Positions 29,601 to 40,047 of a DNA stretch of 64,000 nt are shown here, piece after piece. Location of the stretch: positions 865,457-929,456 of the forward strand of contig NW_014577079.1 in assembly GCF_000485595.1 (NCBI RefSeq), given 5' to 3'. The notes under the pieces are model-generated. The model was not told where the DNA came from. It did no database searches and saw only the letters and a program-made list of their open reading frames with translations. Position numbers and translations under genes: made by a program. This DNA is from Priapulus caudatus (taxonomy: Eukaryota). How positions within the stretch are numbered: the stretch's first letter is position 1; every line of letters begins with the position of its first letter.

Positions 29601-31348
29601 CGATTCGATCATAACCGATATCAAAAATACAATTAAAAATTAAAGACATGTATAATGTAGGTTGATTAACGTTTACATGGAAGGCGAATGTTTTGTATTA
29701 TTTAAAAAAATGTTTTACTCAGGCTATGATCTGCATACCATTCAATATGAATTGTGTTTGCTACCCATCAGCTCTCCCTAAACATGGCTTTTTGACAGAA
29801 AAAACATTCACAAAGATAACAAAATGTTATTTATCAATGTCGCATGTACCTTGGAGTTCTTCGTTGCAAAGGTACTTCTGCCTTAGCAGTTAGCGCCTCC
29901 ATCCTCGCTAACAGCTCTGCTGGCTGCCAATGTTCTGCTCTTGGTCCTGACAAAAACTTTATCCTACAAGCTAAAAGAATAATATAACACGAGTCATGCA
30001 AAAATGCCACACGAAACGAAAATGCTGTGTAAAAAAAAAACAAGCCAGTTAGTACTCGTGGATCATGTATAATCCCCCAATTCCTCATCTCCTATCCCAT
30101 CTAATCGTTCATGTGGCACAACGTAAAATAGGCCGACACAAACTAAATGTCGAAGATATGGTATTGTTTTTGTGGTTCATGTAAAATTATGCGATATAGC
30201 CTGATGGCATGTATGTCAACTTGAGAAGCATAAATGATTACTCTGCGTAGTGCAAATTCGCTATTTTTATGTTGTAATCATAAATAATTATTGGCGAGTG
30301 TAGAAGGTATATGATAGTTGGAATGTTAGTACAGAGAACACAGGTTTATTCACACACAGGCTTTTTTTTTATTTTGCTTTTATGCAAATTAAAATCCAAC
30401 CCCATCTTATGCTTCCCCAGCCTCATAAGAAAGTGCATAAGTAATTTCGTGGCTATGGATTAAAAAAAATGGAAGCAGTTTGCAAAAAAAAATAAGTGGT
30501 TTGCAATCACTAGTAAATAAACAAACAAAAAAATAAACGCAACAATTCTAGCACAATCCCAAAAGATGTGCATATGCAAGTGCTAATACGATCAATTCAC
30601 ATACTCTGCATAAAGCACTGCCATACTGCAGTGGGCCATGTATGCGACCAGTTGTCAGATTTGCTGTTTGCAGACTTTATTGGTGACCCTAGGTTGGTTG
30701 ATGAAGTAACCTGCGATGATGACGAAGCTGACGATAATGGCACGATAGTGTCACCATCTTCTGATTTCCTGCAAATACAACACCAACCGCATCACCACAC
30801 AAGTGAGCACAAACACTGGGTCCAACCACGATTACTAATACATAACCAATGCCATGACTTTATTTATTTCTGTTAAACCATGAAATCTGATTCCCCGGAA
30901 ATAATGTGATAATTAATTCATGCTAGTGTTCTCCTTTAATAGATTTAAGATTAACTAGTGCATTTACTTAACAATCTACCTTAGCTAACCTAAGCTACCC
31001 TATATGTTTGTGTGCGTGTGTGTTTTGCTTTCCAGATTAGTCTATTGAATGCATATCTACAGGGCTTACTGTTGCTGCATATAGGATTCTTGTTTACAGT
31101 AGAGACTGCAATTGGCCAGTAGGCCAGGTGGCGACACTGATCTAGAGCGAGGTGGTCGCGCATATGAGTGGATCATTGAGAGCTCATCAGCCATTGGGCT
31201 CCTGCGAAATAGAAGGGAACGGTGCAATCAAACGTCTGGCAGAGCAGATAACATAGAATAGAATCACCAAATTAAACTGATGTGTTATCATAGCTTGTGA
31301 AAATTGGAAATGACAGTAGTCACTGAAAGCATGTCATTTATTTTATAT

Positions 31349-31379
<31 letters not shown>

Positions 31380-34300
31380 TATTAAAATAATATATTATAC
31401 CAGAGTCGTGGCTTCATCATTAGAGGGCTCTGTGGACTTGTTGCGATAATTGCAAGTTCCGTGAGAAATCCAGCATCAGAAGAGCACTGATCCTGTATCC
31501 GAGTATAAGCAGTATTCTGTTCGCATTGATCTGGATCTCGCAGCTGTGGTATATCTCGCTTGGCTTTGCTCAGAGCTCCGCCGTGTTCTAGGTGCTCTGA
31601 AAACAAAGGTTAATTTAGGTTCGACGTTCTGATTCTAAATGCACAATGCACAAGCAGACTGCGCATGTAAGCTTCTCTCTTTTTTAGTCTATTTTTCTTT
31701 ACAAATACATACTATATACTACTACATACATACTATAACAAACATATATATATATACATATTTAATACATATTATAATCTATTTTTCTGGTTTATTTCTG
31801 CACAAATACATACCTTGTGTGTCCTCCTCATCATCTTCTGGAGCTGAACTCTCCTCCTCACCGGATCCACTGAAAGCAGATGCGTCATCACATCGTGTCT
31901 TTTCCAAGTGATACTTCAGTCCATTTGAACTGCAAGCAAGGTTCACATCAATTTCAAATCTCATAATGGCTTAATCAAATGTTGAGCCAAATGACAATCT
32001 TTGCTCCTAGGGTATATAACACAGGGGGTTAACTGTTTTTCAATTTACGCTAGATATTTTCTGTTAGTCCCACAATTAAATGGTTATGGGTTGACTTGCT
32101 CCCAAGCAGCCAGTTAAGCACAAATTGTATATAAAGTTCTCAACAATTTACTTTTTAACATGGCTAGTCATTTAACAGAACAAATGCATGGTGCCTATCA
32201 ATGAGACAACAAATTTTAGTAACAGTATTCCAGGGTGCGAAATTAACGGGAGTCCGGAGTCAAATACTCCCCGATTTACTGTCGGACTCTCTAACTTGAC
32301 ATATGCAGGAGTCCGTGTGACTCCCTGAAAATTCTGCTATACTAACTAGTTCGTTCCAGAGCACGGCCTAGCGGAATTACCGTATTTTTTCAGCAAATCT
32401 TTAATTTTAAACTTCAGACTACGGACTCCCTCATTTTGCTGCGGACTACCTCTTTTTGAGAGCAGCGAGTCCATTGGACTCCCTTGTTAATAGTGTTGTC
32501 AATCGGTTGTAATTTCGTAATCGATCATCGGTTGGACCCAAGTAACCGATGATCGGTTACAATCGGTTACTCAGGGTCTTGAATGCCTGCGTGTGCGTAA
32601 CGTCGTGTGCATGTACGTGTGTGCATGTATGTGCTTGTTTAGCCCTGTTTACTGATTGTTTTGCACTGTTTACTACTGTGTGTATAATACATGTACTGAT
32701 TCTCATCACTTTTCCAAGTTTTCCTTTTTTTTTTTCTTTTTCGATTAAATCGATTATGGATTTTGATAACCAAGCGCTTGGTTCGAGCCACTGTTCAACC
32801 GATGATCGAGTATAATCGATGATCGTGACATCACTACTTGTTAAAAAGTTAATTTCTACCCCTGGTACTCTGTAATGAACATGTTTACCTTTTAAAAGTT
32901 TTCTGACACTTGGAACAGCAGTATGGTCTATTATCACCAGATGTATGTGTCTTTAAATGATAGCGCAGGCCAGGTGAGCTGGTGAGAACTTTCTGGCACC
33001 CTTCCTCAGGGCAACGCAGCAGCTTGGATGGACTGGAGCCTCCATTTAGCTCCAGCAGTGATCGTGAGAATTCCTCCATACGCTCTGTTCTTACATGCGG
33101 ACGTTTCTGAAAACATTTACAATTCCATGCAAATAATTATGAATAAAAATAAACACTTTAATCAAAATGGCTACATCCGTATCATTGAAATTTTGTTTTA
33201 AATGAATTGTATAAAAGAATTGCCTTTGCACGAAATAGCCCTTCACATTCACACATGCAATAATTTCAGGGCATGAAATTCAGATGTTTTTACACCGGCC
33301 CAGAGGGCTAGTAACAGCAGTTTTCTTTACCAGCCCTCACTATAATTTCCCAGCCCTCACAAATTTTAGTTTGCTGTTTGAACCAGAATGAACCTAAAAT
33401 AATACTTGGAATGATAATTGAACAAATGTTTATAAGTCCTTAATTAAATTCTTTTAAAATAAATTTTCCTTAAATTTCATTCAAAGAATCACAACGAATT
33501 ATAGTTACAAATAAAAATTTTGATACATGACTGATTTTAACCTTGATTTAAAAATGTTGTAGTGTGCAGCATTGCGTAGTAGCTGTTGAACAGACTATAA
33601 GTATAATACAGATCGTGAATGATGTCAGAAGTGTTTTTGTCAATGTCACGTTCACGCTTGCATTCTTGACTTCAAATTTGTAAAATGTTGATAAATCATG
33701 GCTAACACGGCTGAAACCACCGGCTCGGAGGGCCGGTGTTTTGCCAATGTTACTGGCCCTCCAAATAATTTGCCGGCATATGCCGCAGGGCTGGTGCTAA
33801 TTTCGTGCCCTGAATTTGTCACTGCATGTGATAAACTGGAAATTAAATTTATGGTGGTGGTGTCAGACAAAGGTATTTCATAGCATAAGCTTAAGCTTTC
33901 TCATTCATCACGGATGCCACATAAATCACTGGGATTTGGGCTAGATTATGTATCTTTGCCTCGCATCTAGAAAATGTATGACAATCACTGTAAACAAGCA
34001 CAGGCTCTTGGTACGTTTCAATAATAAGATGATGGTAAATAAACACAAAATGTATTTACTACCAAAGACTTAATGTTTCTCTACTCTCTTTCGCCTATTA
34101 AATTACTGATAATTTCCTGTAAATGCCGTTCAAATGCTCCTCTGCAACACACAAGTACACCGCACAGACGCCGCTGTGCACAAACAACAAAATTACAGAG
34201 CCAGTAGAAAAGTGTGACAGCAAAACTCCCACTCTGCCCAAATCTAAATGGGAGCAAGTACACGAGTAATGCAGGGGTCGAAATAAGCGATGGTCCGATG

Positions 34301-35833
34301 GTCCGGGGCCATCAAATAATCAGGAGGACCATCAGATTTTCAAAGTCAATGGTTCGACAGACCATTGAATATTTTGGTCCCATTTTACGGTAATTTTCTT
34401 TGAAGTTTCCACGTTCCAATATACTATTAAAGTGAATAAACAATTACTGTACGGTACCGTTTGATACATTCATTGTACAGCGAACGAGCTTGGCACTCGC
34501 CCGCTCGCCAATGTCGAGTGAAAATAATATCGGGCGAGTAAAAGCTAAATTAATGCGAACTCGCCCATGTTGGCGAGTAAAAATAATTGTCTCATAATGT
34601 ATGCAGTTAATATATTAAATAATGTAAAACAGACTTTTAGGCAAGACTACTCAAATAAGAAAAGTTTCATCACGCATGGTCGGGTGCGCAGCACCTTTTT
34701 TCATCACTCGGTACCCAACGGTCATGCGCGCAACGCCATTTCCATCACTCGGTACGGGTACCCGACGGTCGTGCGCGCAATGCGATTTTCATCACTTGGT
34801 ACCCGACGGTCGTGCGCGCAATGCCATTTTTCATCACTCGGTACACAACGGTCGGGTAAATAATACCTGGGGATTACCTTCCTTTAGTTATTTATTTCTG
34901 CTGTGATTGTCCGAAACGAAGCGAGCGTCGTGCGAATTTTGCGGTCACGCTTTCCCACCTGCTCTATAATTTTGTTGTTTGTGCACAGCTACCTGCGTGC
35001 AGTGAACTTGTTTGTTGCAGATGGGCATTTCATTTACACGGAATTTACAAATTACAGGAAATTATGACGTGAAATGCTGTGCCAGTCTGTGGTAGCCTAG
35101 GCCTACTGACGCTGAGAGGGTCTATGTCCCCCGGGGTACTGCCGGAACGTACCCTGGGTACGGTCCGGTATACCGGAACGTACCCTGGTACTATCTAATA
35201 TGCCGAACCGTACCTCGCCTACTACACTAACGAGTCTAGGGAGTCGCCTACGCCTACTCCCTAACCCGAACCCGAACCCTAACCCTAACCCTAACCCTAA
35301 CCCTAACCCTAATCCTAACCCTAACCATATCAAATAGTGACCAGGGTACGTTCCGGTATACCGGACCGTACCCAGGGTACGTTCCGGCAGTACCCTGGGG
35401 GACATAGACCCTATGAGCCCTACTGACGGGCCCTGGACACCAGTTTCTTCTCAATCAGCTGAATCTCAGTCCTGTGTCGCGTTCTCGATAACGTTTTTAT
35501 TTTCATCGCACGTAGAGAATTTTCGTACTTCTATAAAATTTAGTGACTATTCTTCCGTCCGCTCACTGTGCCAGCCGACTAAACGCTACAACCAGATGAA
35601 TGGTGACGAAGAAACTCGGCTCTGTGGGCCGGGCATTGCCAATGGAACAGAAGTCCATCCAAATCACAATGAAACATGCGACGCTACGTGATAAAATTTC
35701 ATTATTTTACACTTACATAACCTAACTATTAAATCATCTTGATAAATTCACATGCATTTCCACTAAACACTGTGTGACAATTTAGATTTTGAGTGGAAAA
35801 TGAACGTAAACAACTTACAACCACTGACGCCAT
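23691..35833 (-). CDS. HBP1: HMG box-containing protein 1 (AXH + HMG box) with two extra N-terminal zinc fingers, ~552 aa
   Basis: Exons 35833-35819 (MASVV), 33106-32889, 31929-31814, 31596-31401, 31201-31070, 30768-30605, 29970-29850, 29511-29351, 27977-27839, 27201-27144, 26774-26596, 25450-25306, 23705-23691 (last exon uncertain). Motifs: LTELAIIATSPQSPLM, HSYARPP, AXH (WPTAVWQCF..LDHPFFV..GWSSF..VGDVCLPP), YDLTPEDSTAVFMLSSMAR, HMG box (KRPMNAFMLFAK..DNRAISVLLGDKW..PDCWKRKR). Confidence 0.94.
24419..24602. mobile_element. hAT-like MITE with 6-bp TSD (GGTTTG)
   Basis: CAGGG...CCCTG ends; related copies at 32231-32864 and ~46885-47042. Confidence 0.8.
24681..25183 (+). mobile_element. Helentron-associated (HINE/DINE-1-like) element
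   Basis: 5' acctccgcca..tggcggaggt hairpin, GT-rich tract, ~70-bp tandem core, 3' ttggcggaggt sub-terminal repeat. Confidence 0.65.
28422..29185 (+). mobile_element. Helentron-associated (HINE/DINE-1-like) element, copy A
   Basis: T-run, sub-TIR agctcacctt with adjacent inverted copy, (GTCY)n, ~310-bp internal tandem units, 3' aaggtgagct, stem-loop agtgtcattgacact; highly similar copy at 44570-46230. Confidence 0.8.
32231..32864. mobile_element. hAT-like MITE (6-bp TSD GTATTC/GTACTC) carrying a nested hAT MITE at 32491-32836 (8-bp TSD CTTGTTAA)
   Basis: Outer CAGGG..CCCTG homologous to 24419-24602; inner tagtgttgtca..tgacatcacta flanked by cttgttaa on both sides. Confidence 0.85.
33267..33812. 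mobile_element. hAT-like MITE with 5-bp TSD (AATTT)
   Basis: aattt|cagggcatgaaatt ... aatttcgtgccctg|aattt. Confidence 0.75.
34700..34856. repeat. ~40-bp tandem repeat (CATCACTCGGTACCCGACGGTCGTGCGCGCAATGC...), about 4 copies
   Basis: Visible direct repeats in HBP1 intron 1. Confidence 0.8.
35111..35418. mobile_element. Foldback MITE with (CCCTAA)n core and 9-bp flanking duplication (Mutator-like)
   Basis: cctactgac|gctgagagggtctatgtc ... gacatagaccctatgagc|cctactgac; ~90-bp arms. Confidence 0.85.
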
Positions 35834-35869
35834 ACTTGCGCATATATGACCTCGAGCCGTGATTAGTGG

Positions 35870-35940
35870 AAACAAACTATGTAAAAATCGTTCATTGGTC
35901 GCCGAGCGAAATCTAGACACTCTATTGGCCAATTCGGTTA
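35870..35940 (-). promoter_or_regulatory. HBP1 proximal promoter with CCAAT boxes
   Basis: ATTGG/CCAAT motifs near 35894 and 35924-35933, 60-100 bp upstream of the ATG at 35833. Confidence 0.45.
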
Positions 35941-37029
35941 CACACCTTCCTAGGTACCGAAATCCAGGGAGGAATTGTCCGTATCTTTTTTTTTATCATA
36001 ATACAATGCATTTGCGTGTTCCATCGGCGCTATATTAATTTTTCCCCTCACCCCATGCATTTTAAAATGAGAACTGTTTAATTTTCTCGTTCTGCTTGCA
36101 GATTAGATTTGCAGGAAAAAAATATACATTCCACTTCCTTCTCCTCCTCTTCCCCCTCCACCTCGATCCTTCTCCTGCTATACTCCTCTTCTTCCGCTAT
36201 ACCTTCTCCTCCTCCCCCTCCTCCACCTTCTCCTTCTCATTATCATCCTCCTCCTTTTTCTTCTGCATCGTTTTCTTATTATTTTTGTTCTTATTCCTTT
36301 TTCTTCCCCCTAACTTTTCGTCTCATCTAGCTGTCTACCATTTCATCACCCATTCTTATTCCTTCCCTCTCCATGCTCGTCGAACTCCCTTAATTATTCT
36401 TTGTCTTCTTTTTCCTTCTTATATTTCGTCCTCTAGATTATAAAAGAAGTAGGTCCTACTTTATGCGCGGAAAAAGTTTTGAAGAACATTGTATAAAGAG
36501 TGTAATACTTAGAATACTATATATTACATAAATAAATATTAATATTAAATTATAGGTAATATATGCATACATCTCTTATACTTGCTACATGTAGCAGGAG
36601 CAAACGGCGACACAGGTAGAGCAACTGTGTATTGTAAATTAAAACTTTTCTGCAGTGTTGATCTATCAATGTGATCAACCTTGACTCTCGCCTTCTTCTG
36701 TACAGTCTGTTAGACTTTGAATTTCAATTTTGGGGTAGTGTTATAGTCGCATCAACTCGCGAAAACAATTAGCAGACGTAAGACTGAATTGATCGCATAT
36801 ATAATATAATACAAAATATCAATAGTTATATGTATATTAATTGCAATTATGCAGTAATGCAATTATATCTTAGAAAAACACTAAAGATAATCATTTAAAC
36901 CTTCGAAGGTAAAAAACGGATCACCCAGGTATGGATAGCGTTTTCCCCCGACTCCTAATGTAATCCTCCTGCAGGGGGACTTGGCCCCTGGGCCCTGCAC
37001 TCTCTAATATGCTGCTAATATATCTCTGC

Positions 37030-37980
37030 TAATATACATACTTAGGCGAGATATTAAGTGAAAAAGGAGGATATAAAGAAATGATAAAACAAAGAACAGA
37101 TAAATGTCTATTTATGATGAGTGAAGTTATATATCTATGGCTAATAAACAAAACTTTGGAAGCTGTGCGATAGAAGCACGTGTTAAACTTTATGAATGCA
37201 CTGTAGTGCAGTCACTACTAAATAATAGCGAAACTTGGATTAACCTGACTAAGGAAGAAATAAAAATGGTAGAGGATTTCCAAAATGAATGTTTAAGAAG
37301 GATACTCTAAGCGCACAGCAAGACACCACTAGAGGCACTAATAATAGAAAGTGGAATAATACCAATAAAAGATAGAATATGTTATAACAAGTTTATGCTA
37401 TTGCAATACATTATTAAGTTAGAAAATGACAGATTAATGAAAAGAGTATTTTTAGAACAAACTAAAGACATTGGAAGTAATTGGGCAAATGAGGCTCTAG
37501 TAATCTTGAAGGAGTATGACATAAGTATGTTACTTATGGCTATCGGTTTACAACATAAGAGAGAATGAAAAAAGTGTTGAAAGGAGGCTATTTTAAAAAC
37601 AGTAATTATGAGAGATACCATGAGGTCTGGTGAGAAAACAAAAATAAAAATGGTAAACATCGAAAGCTATATTTACTAAAGCCATACATCACAAAATTGC
37701 ATGATGCATGCTTTGTGATTAAGTGTAAGACTTCCATGATAGACTTAAAAAGTTATTTAAAAAATAACCACAGTAATGATCGATATATGTGATTTGTGTG
37801 ATGAAAGAAAAAAAGAGAATTTGGACTATTTATATTCATGTAAGGTATATGGAGGTTATAATAAAGGGGAACGAGTAGATGATTGGAAAAGTGATGACCC
37901 GAAAATACTAAAACCAGCACTAGAATATGTTAGAAAGGCATTATCAATTAGAGAAAGTAAAATAAATAATGCTAACTTGT
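37030..37980 (+). mobile_element. Decayed non-LTR retrotransposon (LINE) 3' fragment
   Basis: A-rich interrupted frame: YLGEIL, RVKLYECTVVQSLLNNSETW, FQNECLRRIL*, TPLEALIIESGIIPI, and a degenerate zinc knuckle CDLC..E..C, typical of LINE ORF2 C-termini; stops and frameshifts present. Confidence 0.8.
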
Positions 37981-38437
37981 AGACAGAATTTCCTTATCTA
38001 CAGGACTTCCCTGCACATTCCAAAGGAGAATCAGTGCCTTGTGAAATATAAGAGAGAGACCCCAAGATACAAGATACTCTTGGCCGCCATCCTCGCCTTG
38101 GTTTATGGCCTCTCATACATGGACCACAACAACACGATGACAAGCACGGTTGTCTTGCTTTTTGTGTAAGTAATAAGAAAGCAAAATAAAATGAAATATT
38201 ATCTCTGCAATGAATCTCGATATAAGGTAGACTAAGGTAGACAGAAATAATATAATAGTTTTACCCTGTACTAGGTGTCTCTATATATTTCTATGGAAGT
38301 ATTGGTGAAAATCCATAAGTATTTGGAGAAAATTGGTGATTTCTATATCCGCAACTAATTTCTATATTCACTATCTCTCCCCTGAGACCTACTAGAAAAT
38401 AATCCATAAAACTACCGATACTTTCCGATACTTGATA

Positions 38438-38540
38438 ACAGCGCCACCGCCGTAAAATTTATGGCGCGTGCACTCAAATTTAGTGTGATTTTGTGCTGAT
38501 AATTGATCGTTAGTAACAAATTGATCGTTACAACTACAAG
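38438..38540 (+). promoter_or_regulatory. Probable CENP-K promoter and non-coding first exon
   Basis: GC patch with TGGCGCG-tgca-CTCAAA (E2F/CDE + CHR-like); donor-like aag|gtaata at 38540/38541. Confidence 0.4.
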
Positions 38541-38910
38541 GTAATACACATAGGTTAAATGTTAAAGGGTGCTATTAAAGCTGTAGTTTTAGAACTATGC
38601 CGTATAGTGCAAACTTGCTCACGTAAGACGCACGGGTAGCAAGGCTAGTCTTACTCTTCAGTCTCTTGTTTACTAAACAATTTATTTACGTAACATAATT
38701 TACGTTACATAGGCTTTAGCCTTTACTAATATTGAATAATAATACTAGTTACTACTAGTAAACTAGTAGTTCTAGGATTAATTTATATTACCGTTGTGGA
38801 GAAAATCATGTGTTTGGAAGAATCAAATGAGTTGCTGAAGCAGTGAAGGTATCAAACACTCACGTCAGTAAAATAGGGAAAGTTGTACGGACAGATTCCT
38901 TTCCCTGGCC

Positions 38911-39451
38911 ACTCGCAGCTAGGGCCTGCATTATGCATACCTCCGGGCTCCCAAAGTGACCGACCAATCGGAGCGCTCGCAGCTCCTCCTAAAGTGACGC
39001 GTCGTCGACCGACCAATCGGAGCGCTCGCAGCTCAGACACTAAAATAGCTCTAGTAGTAGTACTATAGCCCGCTTACAGTGACTGCCGCAGGGCTATAGA
39101 ACATTTTATGCTAGATTTCGCAACTGCACCTGTTACCAAAAGTTCCTACGAAACATGTGGTAACAGGTTGCCAGTTGCGAAATCTAGCATAAAATGTTCT
39201 ATATATATATAGCCCTGCGGCAGTTAATGAACGCGGGCTATAGTACTAGAACTAGCACTAAAGCTGATGCGATGTTTTGTGGTTGCATTATTTAAGCTGG
39301 CCATCGTGAGTGGATGGTTACTGGTAAGGGTTAGGGTTAGGGTTTAGCTTTATATTTATCACTATCAGCTTTAGTGCCTGAGCTGCGAGTGCTCTGATTG
39401 GTCGGTCGACGACGCGTCACTTTGGGAGGTATGCAGGCCCTAGCTGCGAGT
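38911..39451. mobile_element. Palindromic MITE with 9-bp TSD (TCCCTGGCC), short TTAGGG tract and nested hairpins
   Basis: tccctggcc|actcgcagctagggcc ... ggccctagctgcgagt|tccctggcc; inner palindrome ~39060-39245. Confidence 0.8.
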
Positions 39452-40047
39452 TCCCTGGCCTAGTACTAGTAGTTGGTCTAAAATCAGGCGTGATTGGTGA
39501 CTGGGCAAGGTGAGCATGCAGGGCCGGGTTGCACAAACTTGGAATTCATAGGGTATCAACGGTTATATCATCAGAAAGAGTTTCTATATCTTCTTAATCA
39601 GTTTTCTTCAAAATGTTTGGCATCTTAAATCTTTGCTAAATATAAAATAATAAATGATTATATTAAATAATTTGATAACTATTAGAGAAATCCCTTCTTA
39701 GTTTGCACCAGTTGTGATCGCATACGCCACAATCACCATTAAGTGTAGTTGAATCCACTACTAGTTCCACTACTAGTTGTGTGGTGTGTGTGACTGTTTC
39801 CAGCATGCCCAATCTTGAGATTGGTCAGCCAAACTCGGAAATCCGCAGTTTGGGCAGCATGATCTTAAGATTGTGCAAATTCCAAGTTTGTTTATGACAT
39901 TGTCACACTGAATTGATTTACTCCATATTATCTTATAAGCAAGTGTGAGGAGTGCATCTACATGTCGATTCGCTGAACTAATGACTGTTTAGCACAGGTA
40001 TCATTGCAAATGGCGGTAATGTATATTTTTATTATTATTATAGCTTA

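Noticed and set aside
35259..35325. True telomere or chromosome fusion site
   Set aside because: Short (CCCTAA)n tract enclosed within a MITE with TIRs and flanking duplication.
40010..40043. CENP-K start at ATG 40010 with a 28-nt intron
   Set aside because: Intron too short for typical animal splicing, and the joined frame does not match the downstream ORF; ATG 40048 preferred.
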